Part shown: positions 28,491 through 36,912 of the stretch, piece by piece | Position numbering within the stretch: the first letter of the stretch is position 1 | How the letters are laid out: the number at the start of each line of letters is the position of its first letter | DNA from: a bacterium | Lineage (GTDB): Bacteria; Cyanobacteriota; Vampirovibrionia; Gastranaerophilales; Gastranaerophilaceae | DNA length: 64,000 bases | NCBI GenBank assembly: GCA_017559905.1 | Contig: JAFYQF010000023.1 | Coordinates: forward strand, 1 to 64,000 | Direction: 5' to 3' | Position numbers and translations under genes: made by a program | The notes under the pieces: model-generated | The model's input: only the letters and a program-made list of their open reading frames with translations | Told to the model about the DNA's origin: nothing | The model's database searches: none

Positions 28491-31400
28491 TTATTTTTAA
28501 CCTTTTTTGTGTTCTTAAATTTTATATCTTGTCGTTTTTCTTTTTTTACTTCATGATAATTTCCTAATACATCAATTTGGTATTTTTTGAATGAATAAAC
28601 ACTTTTTACTGCAATTCTAATTATTTCCTTTTTCTTTGCTCCATCTTGTTCTATTACTGTAATACGAGCAGAATCAATATCAGTACTTTTGTAGTAATAA
28701 TATTTTATACTTTCTTCTTTTTCATCCTTATTTATTGAAATTAAGGTGTCTTTAAACAATGAAAATTTAAATTTATAGCTTTCATCCATTTCTAACCAAC
28801 CATCTTTACCATTAGATATAGCTTTATTCGGCAAAATTCCTTTTGCAAAGTCTGAAACATAGATTGGCACAAGATAAAATTCTTCTTTACCTTTTTTATT
28901 CTTTTTAGAAAACACGTCTACCCTTGGCATTGAATCATTATTGGCAAATCCATTATGAACTAATATGCCTGAAGTACCTTTTGATTTTATTTTTATTGTT
29001 TTAATTTCGTGAGGTTTTATTCCCGCTTGTTTTTTTACTTCTGACAATGGCATATAAACAGGCTCAGCAAAAGCTTTTTCTGGTTTATTATCAAACTGCT
29101 CTAGCCTTTCTTTTAAGAGGTTGTATACTACAATGTTTCTTTCTTTTTCGTGCATATCTTCCAATTTTTTTAAATCAATTTTTTGTATTGGTGTCTTTAA
29201 TGTTGTAAATCCTTCATCAAGATGTTTAGGACTACGAATGGTAGCTTCGTGTATACCGCCTGGAATTTTGTTCCTTGGAGCTCTTGATACGAAGATTTCA
29301 CCAATAGAATTTTCTAAATCTTCACTAAATGTTCCCCAAGGTTTTTTAAAACGAGGTTTCATATGGTTTATAAAATCATAGTTTTCACGTTGAGCAGATA
29401 TTGTCGATAAGAATTTAACCATACCTTTTGTCGAACAAGCTACAATTGTCGCATCAACTGCGTGATGCCTGTCATTTTCTTCTCTATCTTTATTTATACC
29501 CCATTGGTTTCTTAAAAACGCGGTAAGTGAGCCGTTTCTTGTCTCTACTTTTATATCAAGATTCGCTTGGATATAGTCTTTAATAAACACCGTTATGTAC
29601 CTTGTATCATTCAGATTTCTTGAAGAAAAGCCGTCGCTATCATCTTTAGAATAAGATTTTCTAATCAAACGATTTATTTTTGGCGATTTCAGGTTTAATG
29701 TTTTTATCCAAGCACAGTATTCTGTCCAATCAACTTTTGAGCCAAAATATTCGTAAGGGATTTTATTACCTTTCATTCTATTTTGGTCAGCTAAGCATAA
29801 TACTTTGTTGTTTAAACTATCATCGTAACATCTTGAGTAAGGAATTATGTGGTCTATATCGGTATAATTCTCATCACTTAATCGTCTTATATCAATAGCT
29901 TTTCTTGAATATGGACAAAAGCCTCCCTGTTCTTCCCAAAGTCTAAATCGTAATAAGTTATTTTTCGAATCTGGATTTACACCATGTTTAAAGCATCTTT
30001 GGCGGGCAAACTCTTTTTCTTTTCTAAAGTCTTCTTGACCGGATTTTATCTTATTACGTTCTTCAGCTGATTTACCTAAATCTCTTGCTGTCTCTATAAT
30101 AATCTTGTCAAATTTACCATATTCTCTTATAAGTGCATTTACTACTTTTCTAGTTTGAGAAATTGCTCGGTTAACAACAGGGTTTGTTGTTAGTTCACTT
30201 TGATCCAAAACTGGTAAATATTCTTTATTTTTTGAAACAATTGCATTTTTAAAATCATACCCAGCTTCAGCACAAGCTTCGTTATATTTTAAACCTTGTA
30301 ACATATAAGGTGTAATTTTTTGCATAGCTTTAATTGATAAATGCATAACTTTGCTAGCAGATAAATCTTTTATGCAATCTATAATTTCTTGTGCAATATC
30401 TTTATCTAATAATCGCTTTGTAATTGCTTCATCAGATTTTTCATAGGTTAGTGCAGTTGCAATTTCATTAAATAAAAGTTCTTTATTATTAAGATTGTCA
30501 AAATACTCATTACCGAATACTTTTATAATAGCTTTTTTAATCTCGTGGTATTTTTTTAATTCAATTAATGTTGCATCTTCTGGATTAATTTCCACCAATT
30601 CTCCCGTTTTTTTATCTTTAGTTTTTTTACCATACTGTAGCGTCTTATAACATATACTCTCTACAAGTCCTAATTCTTTACGAGCTTGTTTATAAGTAAG
30701 TTTTGCTTTTTGATGTGCAATATTAATTAAATCTTGAATTTGCTTTGGTGCCAAATCGACGGAAGTCCCGTCTTCTAAAATCAATTTAGTATTAACAAGT
30801 TTTTGTGTCGCAACAAAAATTTCTGCAGTATATGATGCTTTTGGAGCTCTTTTTTCGTCTTTTTCAAATTGGCAATTCCCAACCATGTTTTCCATTGACT
30901 GCAAAGGTCTTTGATAAAATGAGATTTTCATATATTCTTCTTCAAAATCTTTATTCGCAAATTCAGAGCCGAAACTTCTTTGTTTTTCAAATATGGTTTT
31001 TATTTCTTGTTCTAATAAATCTCTTGGTATTGAATTTTTATAATCGTCTCTTTTGTTTCTTTTGGCACTATGTTCATATATAGTTGCAAACATTTCACCA
31101 ACAGTTTGAAAATTGCCACCTTCAAACTGTTGCTTATTTTCACTTATACATTTTAATAAATTACCCTCAGTCTTTGCTTCTTCACTCTTTCTAATTGATT
31201 TAAACCCTCTGCGTTTTGCAATTTGATGAAGTACTCTATAAAATTCTTCTATTGTTAATTCCCTTGATAAAGCCTCTTTTCTTAAAATCCAAGTATCAAT
31301 TCTTTTTGTATTGTTATGAAAAAGATTTGAAATATCATTCTCTGATAAATATTTATTAGCAATAAATAACTGTTTTATTGCTCTTAACCTATAAGCTCGT

Positions 31401-31594
31401 CTTGATAAACGGCGTCTAGCACCCCGAAAAATCCTACGTTCAGCATTTAAAGGAGCTTTAGTTTTAGCTACTTCGCAAGCTTCAAAAGTTCTAACACCAG
31501 TTTTTAAAATTTCACCATTAAAATTTTCGTCATCATAATTTATTACAGAAAAACCTATTGATGCAATACCAATATCAAGACCTAAAATTTTCAT
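28487..31594 (-). CDS. cas9: Cas9 (type II-C-sized, 1035 aa), nuclease-competent
   Basis: Present are RuvC-I 'ILGLDIGIASIGFSV', an Arg-rich bridge helix, RuvC-II 'IIIETARD', HNH 'DIDHIIPYS...NNKVLC...NRMKGNK' and RuvC-III 'HHAVDATIV'. Confidence 0.95.
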   Translation of the reverse strand: MKILGLDIGIASIGFSVINYDDENFNGEILKTGVRTFEACEVAKTKAPLNAERRIFRGARRRLSRRAYRLRAIKQLFIANKYLSENDISNLFHNNTKRIDTWILRKEALSRELTIEEFYRVLHQIAKRRGFKSIRKSEEAKTEGNLLKCISENKQQFEGGNFQTVGEMFATIYEHSAKRNKRDDYKNSIPRDLLEQEIKTIFEKQRSFGSEFANKDFEEEYMKISFYQRPLQSMENMVGNCQFEKDEKRAPKASYTAEIFVATQKLVNTKLILEDGTSVDLAPKQIQDLINIAHQKAKLTYKQARKELGLVESICYKTLQYGKKTKDKKTGELVEINPEDATLIELKKYHEIKKAIIKVFGNEYFDNLNNKELLFNEIATALTYEKSDEAITKRLLDKDIAQEIIDCIKDLSASKVMHLSIKAMQKITPYMLQGLKYNEACAEAGYDFKNAIVSKNKEYLPVLDQSELTTNPVVNRAISQTRKVVNALIREYGKFDKIIIETARDLGKSAEERNKIKSGQEDFRKEKEFARQRCFKHGVNPDSKNNLLRFRLWEEQGGFCPYSRKAIDIRRLSDENYTDIDHIIPYSRCYDDSLNNKVLCLADQNRMKGNKIPYEYFGSKVDWTEYCAWIKTLNLKSPKINRLIRKSYSKDDSDGFSSRNLNDTRYITVFIKDYIQANLDIKVETRNGSLTAFLRNQWGINKDREENDRHHAVDATIVACSTKGMVKFLSTISAQRENYDFINHMKPRFKKPWGTFSEDLENSIGEIFVSRAPRNKIPGGIHEATIRSPKHLDEGFTTLKTPIQKIDLKKLEDMHEKERNIVVYNLLKERLEQFDNKPEKAFAEPVYMPLSEVKKQAGIKPHEIKTIKIKSKGTSGILVHNGFANNDSMPRVDVFSKKNKKGKEEFYLVPIYVSDFAKGILPNKAISNGKDGWLEMDESYKFKFSLFKDTLISINKDEKEESIKYYYYKSTDIDSARITVIEQDGAKKKEIIRIAVKSVYSFKKYQIDVLGNYHEVKKEKRQDIKFKNTKKVKNK

Positions 31595-31619
31595 ATATCA
31601 CTCCTTAAATATTTTATTA

Positions 31620-31648
31620 TTGACAGTCTAAACTTTGTTTGTTATCAT
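31620..31648 (+). promoter_or_regulatory. Sigma-70 promoter of tracrRNA (TTGACA-17bp-TATCAT)
   Basis: The -35 is at 31620-31625 and the -10 at 31643-31648. The anti-repeat begins ~4-8 nt downstream. Confidence 0.55.
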
Positions 31649-31651
31649 ACG

Positions 31652-31745
31652 ATTGTACAATAAATACTTTCGAAACGTTACTATAGTAAGAAGTTTTCGA
31701 AAAGTTTCTAGCAGATACATTTTAATATGTATCTGCTATCTTTTA
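31652..31745 (+). ncRNA. tracrRNA
   Basis: The anti-repeat at 31652-31690 can pair with 33 of 36 repeat positions (including G-U pairs) with a 3-nt internal mismatch. A palindromic TTTTCGAAAA hairpin follows. The terminator is agcagataca-ttttaata-tgtatctgct followed by ATCTTTT. Confidence 0.75.
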
Positions 31746-31747
31746 GT

Positions 31748-32143
31748 TTATTTTTCATTATTTTCTTTTGCAAAATTTGCAGTATCTTGAATTAATTTTA
31801 TAGCCTTATTACTATCGTGCATTTCTTGCCCATACAAAACAATGTTATCTTCAAAATAATTCCCGTGCAGTTCAATTACATTTTTTGAACCTGCTTTTGT
31901 ATGTAAATTATCGACATTCATTGTAATAATTGGAATATCTAATTCTGCAAGGATTTTGTGTGCCTTTGTTGGTTCTCGGTCTTTAACGTTATTTATAAGC
32001 AAATCAATTGCGTCTTTAAACTCTTTTGGATATTGTTCTTTAAATTCAACGGACAATTTTTCTTTAATTCCAGGTATTTCCTCAAATGTTGGAATACCAG
32101 CTGATTTTGAAATTCCTGCACCTGTAAAAGCTATTATTTTCAT
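31748..32143 (-). CDS. Mini Sir2-like protein (131 aa)
   Basis: 'GAGISKSAGIPTF', 'ITMNVDNLHTKAG' and 'IELHGN' match the sirtuin NAD-binding and catalytic-His core. The Zn-ribbon module and C-terminal half are missing. An AGGAGG RBS is present. Confidence 0.65.
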   Translation of the reverse strand: MKIIAFTGAGISKSAGIPTFEEIPGIKEKLSVEFKEQYPKEFKDAIDLLINNVKDREPTKAHKILAELDIPIITMNVDNLHTKAGSKNVIELHGNYFEDNIVLYGQEMHDSNKAIKLIQDTANFAKENNEK

Positions 32144-32237
32144 AAACTACCTCCTAGATAAGTTAACTATAAACCACTTTTCGTAAGTTGGCATCCATGA
32201 AATTGTCTAGATAAAATTATGTATTTTTTTGAATTTG

Positions 32238-32400
32238 TGATATTATAGGTTCGTAAATAACCTATAAAGAGTGTACGAGGGACAAGCCCGTTGACTACAC
32301 AGCAACCCTTTAAGTTGGGTGCTAATGCTTGAATGATAGGTCAAAACTTTAAGTCGGAAACCTATCACTATGGGTTTCTTTTTTGTTGCTCTTATAGGTT
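32238..32400 (+). ncRNA. Candidate structured RNA / 5' leader with intrinsic terminator
   Basis: Hairpin ataggtt-cgtaaat-aacctat is present. Long-range complement aacctataaagag/ctcttataggtt and an internal gataggt/acctatc pair also occur. A terminator-like gaaacc-N10-ggtttc followed by TTTTTT sits 50 nt before the ATG at 32433. Confidence 0.25.
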
Positions 32401-32432
32401 GGTAGTACTTAATTAAAAAAGGAGAAAAACTT

Positions 32433-32750
32433 ATGGAACAACAAAAGAAGTATCAAGTTGATTTGTACATTGGATTATTAGCCCCCGATGATTTTATGCA
32501 ACATTTTACCGTTAAAAAAGCAGTTGACACAATAACAGAAGTCATTGGAGATTGCACAATTATACCTTGTATTGGTTCTTGTTCACATACGACAGGTATA
32601 AGAATAAATTTAAACACTTTAAAAATAACAAAATTTATTGATTATGCACCAGAACAATTGATAAACAAAGTCGAAAAACTAAAGAAAATCTTTAATCAAT
32701 ATGAAATTCTTATGAATACCATAAAATGTGATAATTTTAGAATTATTTAA
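32433..32750 (+). CDS. Hypothetical protein (105 aa)
   Basis: ORF with an AAAGGAG RBS and no recognisable motif. Confidence 0.45.
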   Translation: MEQQKKYQVDLYIGLLAPDDFMQHFTVKKAVDTITEVIGDCTIIPCIGSCSHTTGIRINLNTLKITKFIDYAPEQLINKVEKLKKIFNQYEILMNTIKCDNFRII

Positions 32751-32805
32751 TTTTCAGTTGATAAATAAAAGCCTAGACAATAAATCTAGGCTTTTATTAT
32801 CGTTT

Positions 32806-32952
32806 AAACAAATCCCAAAAACTTTTTATCTCGCGTTTCTGTTTTTTAGGTTGCTTTTTGCGTTGATGCTGAACATGTTTGTCGTCATCTTCAAACAAAC
32901 CAAACTGAATATCTGCTTCAATTAAATCTTCCAAGTCATCAAAATCAAACAT
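32806..32952 (-). CDS. Small acidic hypothetical protein (~49 aa)
   Basis: 'MFDFDDLEDLIEADIQFGLFEDDD...'. Its start overlaps the stop of the upstream small ORF (TAATG). Confidence 0.3.
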
Positions 32953-33167
32953 TATTCTTCCTCATCAGAGTATTCGTAGTTTGCCCATTTTTCACGTTGT
33001 AAGGCTTTCTTGTCATATTTAGTTTCTTCGGGTTCATCCCAAACTAACTCGTACATATTAGCCATTTCTTGCTCTTTGGCTTTACGATTTCTATCGTCAT
33101 CACTTCCAAACAATAAATCAAATAATCCCATTAGAGGTCCTTTCGTTATACTTAGATTATAAACCAA
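32952..33167 (-). CDS. Small acidic hypothetical protein (71 aa, or ~59 aa from the internal Met)
   Basis: '...MGLFDLLFGSDDDRNRKAKEQEMANMYELVWDEPEE...SDEEE'. Very D/E-rich. Confidence 0.4.
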   Translation of the reverse strand: MVYNLSITKGPLMGLFDLLFGSDDDRNRKAKEQEMANMYELVWDEPEETKYDKKALQREKWANYEYSDEEE

Positions 33168-33217
33168 ATATATGTCAAAAATGGACGCAGAGTTTTCTAA
33201 ATTAAAAATAACACCAA

Positions 33218-33832
33218 TTAGAATTTACTTGCTTTCGCACGTGCTTGCAATTCTGCTATTAATTCTTCGGTTGAAAATTCACTTAAACCAGGACTTGTAT
33301 TTTCAAACATATTGCATATAACTTCCGAATACACATCCGGACGCATATTGGCATACTGTTCTAAGATAGTTTCAACTTCCCAATGCCCAATATTTTGGCT
33401 TAGTGCTTTCAATTCTTTACCTGTATGAGCTTTTTCTAAGCCTTTACTTACCATGTAATGTCTAAACGAATGAGGATTATAATCCTTTATGCCAGCTTGC
33501 CTACACATCTTTTTGATGATCTCATTATATTTCGTATTGCTATAATTTTTGTTAACCAATTGAACACCAGATGCATAATTCTTTATCTGTGGGAATAAAA
33601 GGATTTTATTTCCCGAAATATTAGATTTAACATATTCGACCCATTCTTTCAGATACTGCAAATACATTTTATCCAAAACCATAAATCTTGTATAAATTAG
33701 TTTGTCTAATTTTGTGTGAGTATCTTCTAAAGGATCCTGTTTTACCATCAACTTTTGAAAGTCAATCAAATTTATTGTAATAGTCGCAACAGCATCAATT
33801 CTTGCAGCTGTTAACAACATATACGAAATCAA
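33218..33832 (-). pseudogene. Tyrosine recombinase/integrase, N-terminally truncated (catalytic domain only)
   Basis: Box I 'LLTAARIDAV', 'HSFRHYMVS' and 'GHWEVETILEQYANM' cover the R..HxxR..Y catalytic residues. The N-terminal core-binding domain is absent and the fragment abuts a Fic fragment on the opposite strand. Confidence 0.7.
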
Positions 33833-33839
33833 AGCACGA

Positions 33840-34454
33840 TTGCGTGAATCCTCAACTGTATTTGATGGTGAAAAAGTTGAGCATCTTGCACCACCTGCAA
33901 AAAGAGTTCCAGAACTTATGTTTGATTTGTTTGAATGGCTTAAAACAAGTGATGTACATCCATTAATAAAAAGTTGTGTTTTTCATTATGAATTTGAATT
34001 TATTCATCCTTTTCAAGATGGAAATGGCAGAATGGGACGTTTATGGCAAACAGCTATTTAAAAAGAGTGGAAAGAAGTTTTTGCCTGGCTTCCGGTCGAA
34101 ACATTAATCAAAGAAAATCAAAAAGAATATTACAAAGTTCTTGCAGTGAGTGATAGTGTTGCAAATAGTACAAAATTCATTGAATTTATGTTGTCTATCA
34201 TCCTAAACACAATCAATGAAATTATTGAAACTGAGAAAAAGGTTACTGCAAAGGTTACTCTAAAGGTTAGTGTAAATCAACAAAAAATTATCGACGCAAT
34301 CAAGAGTAACCCTAAAGTTACTCAAGAAGGACTTGCTGAAATTGTTGGAATCACAAGAAAAAGCGTCATCTCTAACATGAAAAAACTTCAAGAAAACGGA
34401 TTGATAAATCGTATCGGCGCAGATAAAAATGGGTATTGGAAAGTTGTAGAATAA
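33840..34454 (+). pseudogene. Fic/DOC family protein, 5'-truncated with single in-frame TAA (34059-34061)
   Basis: The Fic motif 'HPFQDGNGRMGR' is present. The same frame continues after the TAA ('KEWKEVFAWLPVETLIKENQKEYY...') into a C-terminal winged-HTH ('ITRKSVISNMKKLQENGLINR'). Confidence 0.7.
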
Positions 34455-34685
34455 CGTTGTAATGACGTAAATTCCTCAACCTATAGAGTATATTTTTTGT
34501 TTTGTATACTTTATATAATTCCTTATGCAAAATTATTCCTTCTTTACAGTATCCATCATTCATACATTCATCTATGTCCATATAACGTTCAAAATTTTTA
34601 CAAAATTCGAACAAAAATATATTGAACAAATTATGTCCGTATTTGACAGATATATAGGTTATTATTTTTCTAAAAGGAGAAATTT

Positions 34686-34940
34686 ATGTGTATGCGAGCA
34701 CCTCAATCTTATATTGAAGATTTACAAGATAAAACATTCAAAGATCTTTTAGAAATTCGTGATAAATTGTTAAATGAAATCATAGATTTTGAAAAAAATA
34801 TTGAAGAAATAATGTCCCCAAAAGTTTCTTTTGATCCTGCACCTGAAGTAGTTTATCAATGGAAATTATGGGTACTTAGCTTGCTTTTTGACTTATTACA
34901 AAATAAATTCAACGAAGAATACATCAATTTTGATAATTAA
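34686..34940 (+). CDS. Hypothetical protein (84 aa)
   Basis: ORF with an AAAGGAGAAA RBS. Confidence 0.4.
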   Translation: MCMRAPQSYIEDLQDKTFKDLLEIRDKLLNEIIDFEKNIEEIMSPKVSFDPAPEVVYQWKLWVLSLLFDLLQNKFNEEYINFDN

Positions 34941-35103
34941 CTTATTAAAGGCCAAATTTTGGCTGACTCAAGGTGCTTTTTATTATTAAAACAAAAGAAA
35001 TGCTTGTCAATAATTTTTCTTTGATTTAAATACCTTGTGATTTAATACAACGAGGTAAAACTATAAATAGGCAATTCAAATTGTGCAGACGGGTTATCCA
35101 AAC

Positions 35104-35781
35104 CTATCTCATAGTAAAAATATGGTCAAGATAAGCAATAAATTTTATATAAGTGGCAGGAAACCAATTGTATCCTCGAGATTTTATTTTTTGACCATTA
35201 GATAAAGTTGCTTTAAATTCATACCACTCACCATCACGAACATTGGGATTTACCCCAAAATCTTCATGGAAATACTTTATCATCCCCAAAGCATATTCAT
35301 CAAAATTTTCGTCTGTTATACTAATCTTTAATGGGGGTTTTAAACTAATAACCTCATCTTCTATTGAAATAGCTATTGACTCCATTCTTTCAAACTCTCT
35401 ATTATTATATTCTAATATTTTGCCGTGTTTTTTTGTAGATTTGTATTTATAGACATAAGGAACATACGGATATCCGCCACGAATAAACTCAAAAGATTTA
35501 ATTGTCAAATTTGGTTCAAGTTCAATCGGTTCATTTTCTAAAATACGTTCGTCTTCTCCTAATTCGCGCAATACCTCAAAACATTCATCATCATTAGTTA
35601 AACGAATTTCTCCAGTACTATCATTATACAAAATACTATGAGGCTTACCAATATAACGAGGTTCGCTATCCCAAAATATCGGATCATAGACTATATAATT
35701 ATTCCAACCCCCGGCGTAAAGAGCATAATCATAGCCACATAAATTTGCATATTTTATAATTTTTTCATCTGATTCATTCAT
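35104..35781 (-). CDS. Hypothetical protein (225 aa)
   Basis: ORF with good periodicity and no assignable motif. Confidence 0.5.
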   Translation of the reverse strand: MNESDEKIIKYANLCGYDYALYAGGWNNYIVYDPIFWDSEPRYIGKPHSILYNDSTGEIRLTNDDECFEVLRELGEDERILENEPIELEPNLTIKSFEFIRGGYPYVPYVYKYKSTKKHGKILEYNNREFERMESIAISIEDEVISLKPPLKISITDENFDEYALGMIKYFHEDFGVNPNVRDGEWYEFKATLSNGQKIKSRGYNWFPATYIKFIAYLDHIFTMR

Positions 35782-35874
35782 ATTAAAACCTCATTGTACA
35801 TTTTACATTATTAATATAAGCCACCCCTATGACAAATACGGACGCAACAAACAATACCTCAACCTATAAACATA

Positions 35875-36032
35875 AAAAATCATCTACTCGCTTAATCATC
35901 CATAGTATTTCTTGCATACTTGGTTCAAAAAATCTTTTGTATAAAGTTTCAATGAATGCTTCCCAACTCTCGCAGGATGGGGAGTTTTTTAATGTCAAAT
36001 TTAAAGCGAGGTTTGTCCTCGCTTTTTGTTAC
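35875..36032 (+). repeat. Direct repeat copy A (~160 bp, ~92% identical to copy B); contains att-like core and a terminator hairpin
   Basis: Aligns base-for-base with 38044-38200. It includes gcgagg...cctcgc followed by TTTTT. Confidence 0.8.
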
Positions 36033-36042
36033 TTATCAGTGA

Positions 36043-36837
36043 TTAAATTTTAGGTTTACTTCTGTAATATCCTTTGACTTCGGTTCCATCTGTACGTGTA
36101 TATGAATTTACATATACAACTCCACCACCTGTTTTCGCTTCGAGCTCTAAATCTTTGTTTGTTGGCATTGTTCCCTTAAAAACTCGAATTTGAGCATCTA
36201 TTTCTTTTTCATGTTTTGCAAATTCTTCTTTGCTCATAGAACCAACTTCCTCACGTGTATATATATGATTGCTCCCTGTTAATGGGTTCGCGTAACCATA
36301 TAAACTAGTTTGATCTTCTTGGCAATCATTTTTTATACCTGTAACGTTTGAAACATCATAACCCTCAAATTTTTTCATGTAATTTTCAACACTTGTACCA
36401 AAGGCATCTCTAGGAATATTTTTCCCATCACTTTGCAGATATTCTTTGACTGCTCCAGGTCCTTTGAGATGTGCAGCCGCAAGTAAACCTGATTGAGTTA
36501 CCTTTACCCCATTAATTTCTTTACCAATGTACTTATCGGCTCCAATGGCTTTTAGTTGTTCCCATTGAACCTGCTTGAATGCTTTTTGCGCATTTTCTTG
36601 TGCCTGTTTGTTTTTTAAAAAATCTTCAATGCTATATACACCATCTTTGCCTGTAAATTGACCTGTCCAATCATTATTATATCTGCCTGATGCCTTTTTA
36701 TAGTAGCCTGCATCTATCATTGCGGCTTCACCCATTTGATATTTACCGATGTAGCCGTATTTATTTATAGAGGAATAATTACCTCCAGATTCTCTTGCTC
36801 CTAAATCATTATAAAATTCATCTAAGGTTTTTGTCAT
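36043..36837 (-). CDS. Lytic transglycosylase (SLT)-like domain protein
   Basis: 'ARESGGNYSSINKYGYIGKYQMG' resembles the SLT catalytic-Glu motif (E-S...GLMQ). Confidence 0.5.
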   Translation of the reverse strand: MTKTLDEFYNDLGARESGGNYSSINKYGYIGKYQMGEAAMIDAGYYKKASGRYNNDWTGQFTGKDGVYSIEDFLKNKQAQENAQKAFKQVQWEQLKAIGADKYIGKEINGVKVTQSGLLAAAHLKGPGAVKEYLQSDGKNIPRDAFGTSVENYMKKFEGYDVSNVTGIKNDCQEDQTSLYGYANPLTGSNHIYTREEVGSMSKEEFAKHEKEIDAQIRVFKGTMPTNKDLELEAKTGGGVVYVNSYTRTDGTEVKGYYRSKPKI

Positions 36838-36912
36838 AAAATTGTCCTTTCATACTAAATCTAAAGTGTTATATGAATAACACTTTTCTGTTTTAACTTA
36901 TTACGAAAAATA

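Larger units (their letters stand above)
23733..35994. mobile_element. Putative tRNA-Asn-integrated genomic island (decayed/composite), ~12.3 kb
   Basis: A 17-nt identity (TGGGGAGTTTTTTAATG) occurs at the tRNA 3' end (23733-23749) and at 35978-35994. A recombinase sits at the left end. Cargo is CRISPR/defence-like and includes integrase and Fic fragments. Confidence 0.45.

Noticed and set aside
31748-32143. Sir2 fragment as a piece of a larger split gene continuing upstream
   Set aside because: The upstream region (32144-32230) has an AGGAGG RBS directly before its ATG and no Sir2-like frame beyond. The downstream end is the tracrRNA terminator.
32238-32400. Retron msr/msd
   Set aside because: Flanking inverted repeats exist but no reverse transcriptase gene is nearby. 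The downstream ORF is 105 aa with no RT motifs.
34059-34061. TAA recoding or an alternative genetic code to rescue Fic
   Set aside because: The long genes here (nifJ, cas9, recN, mnmG and others) are all uninterrupted under the standard code. A single nonsense mutation in an already 5'-truncated gene is simpler.
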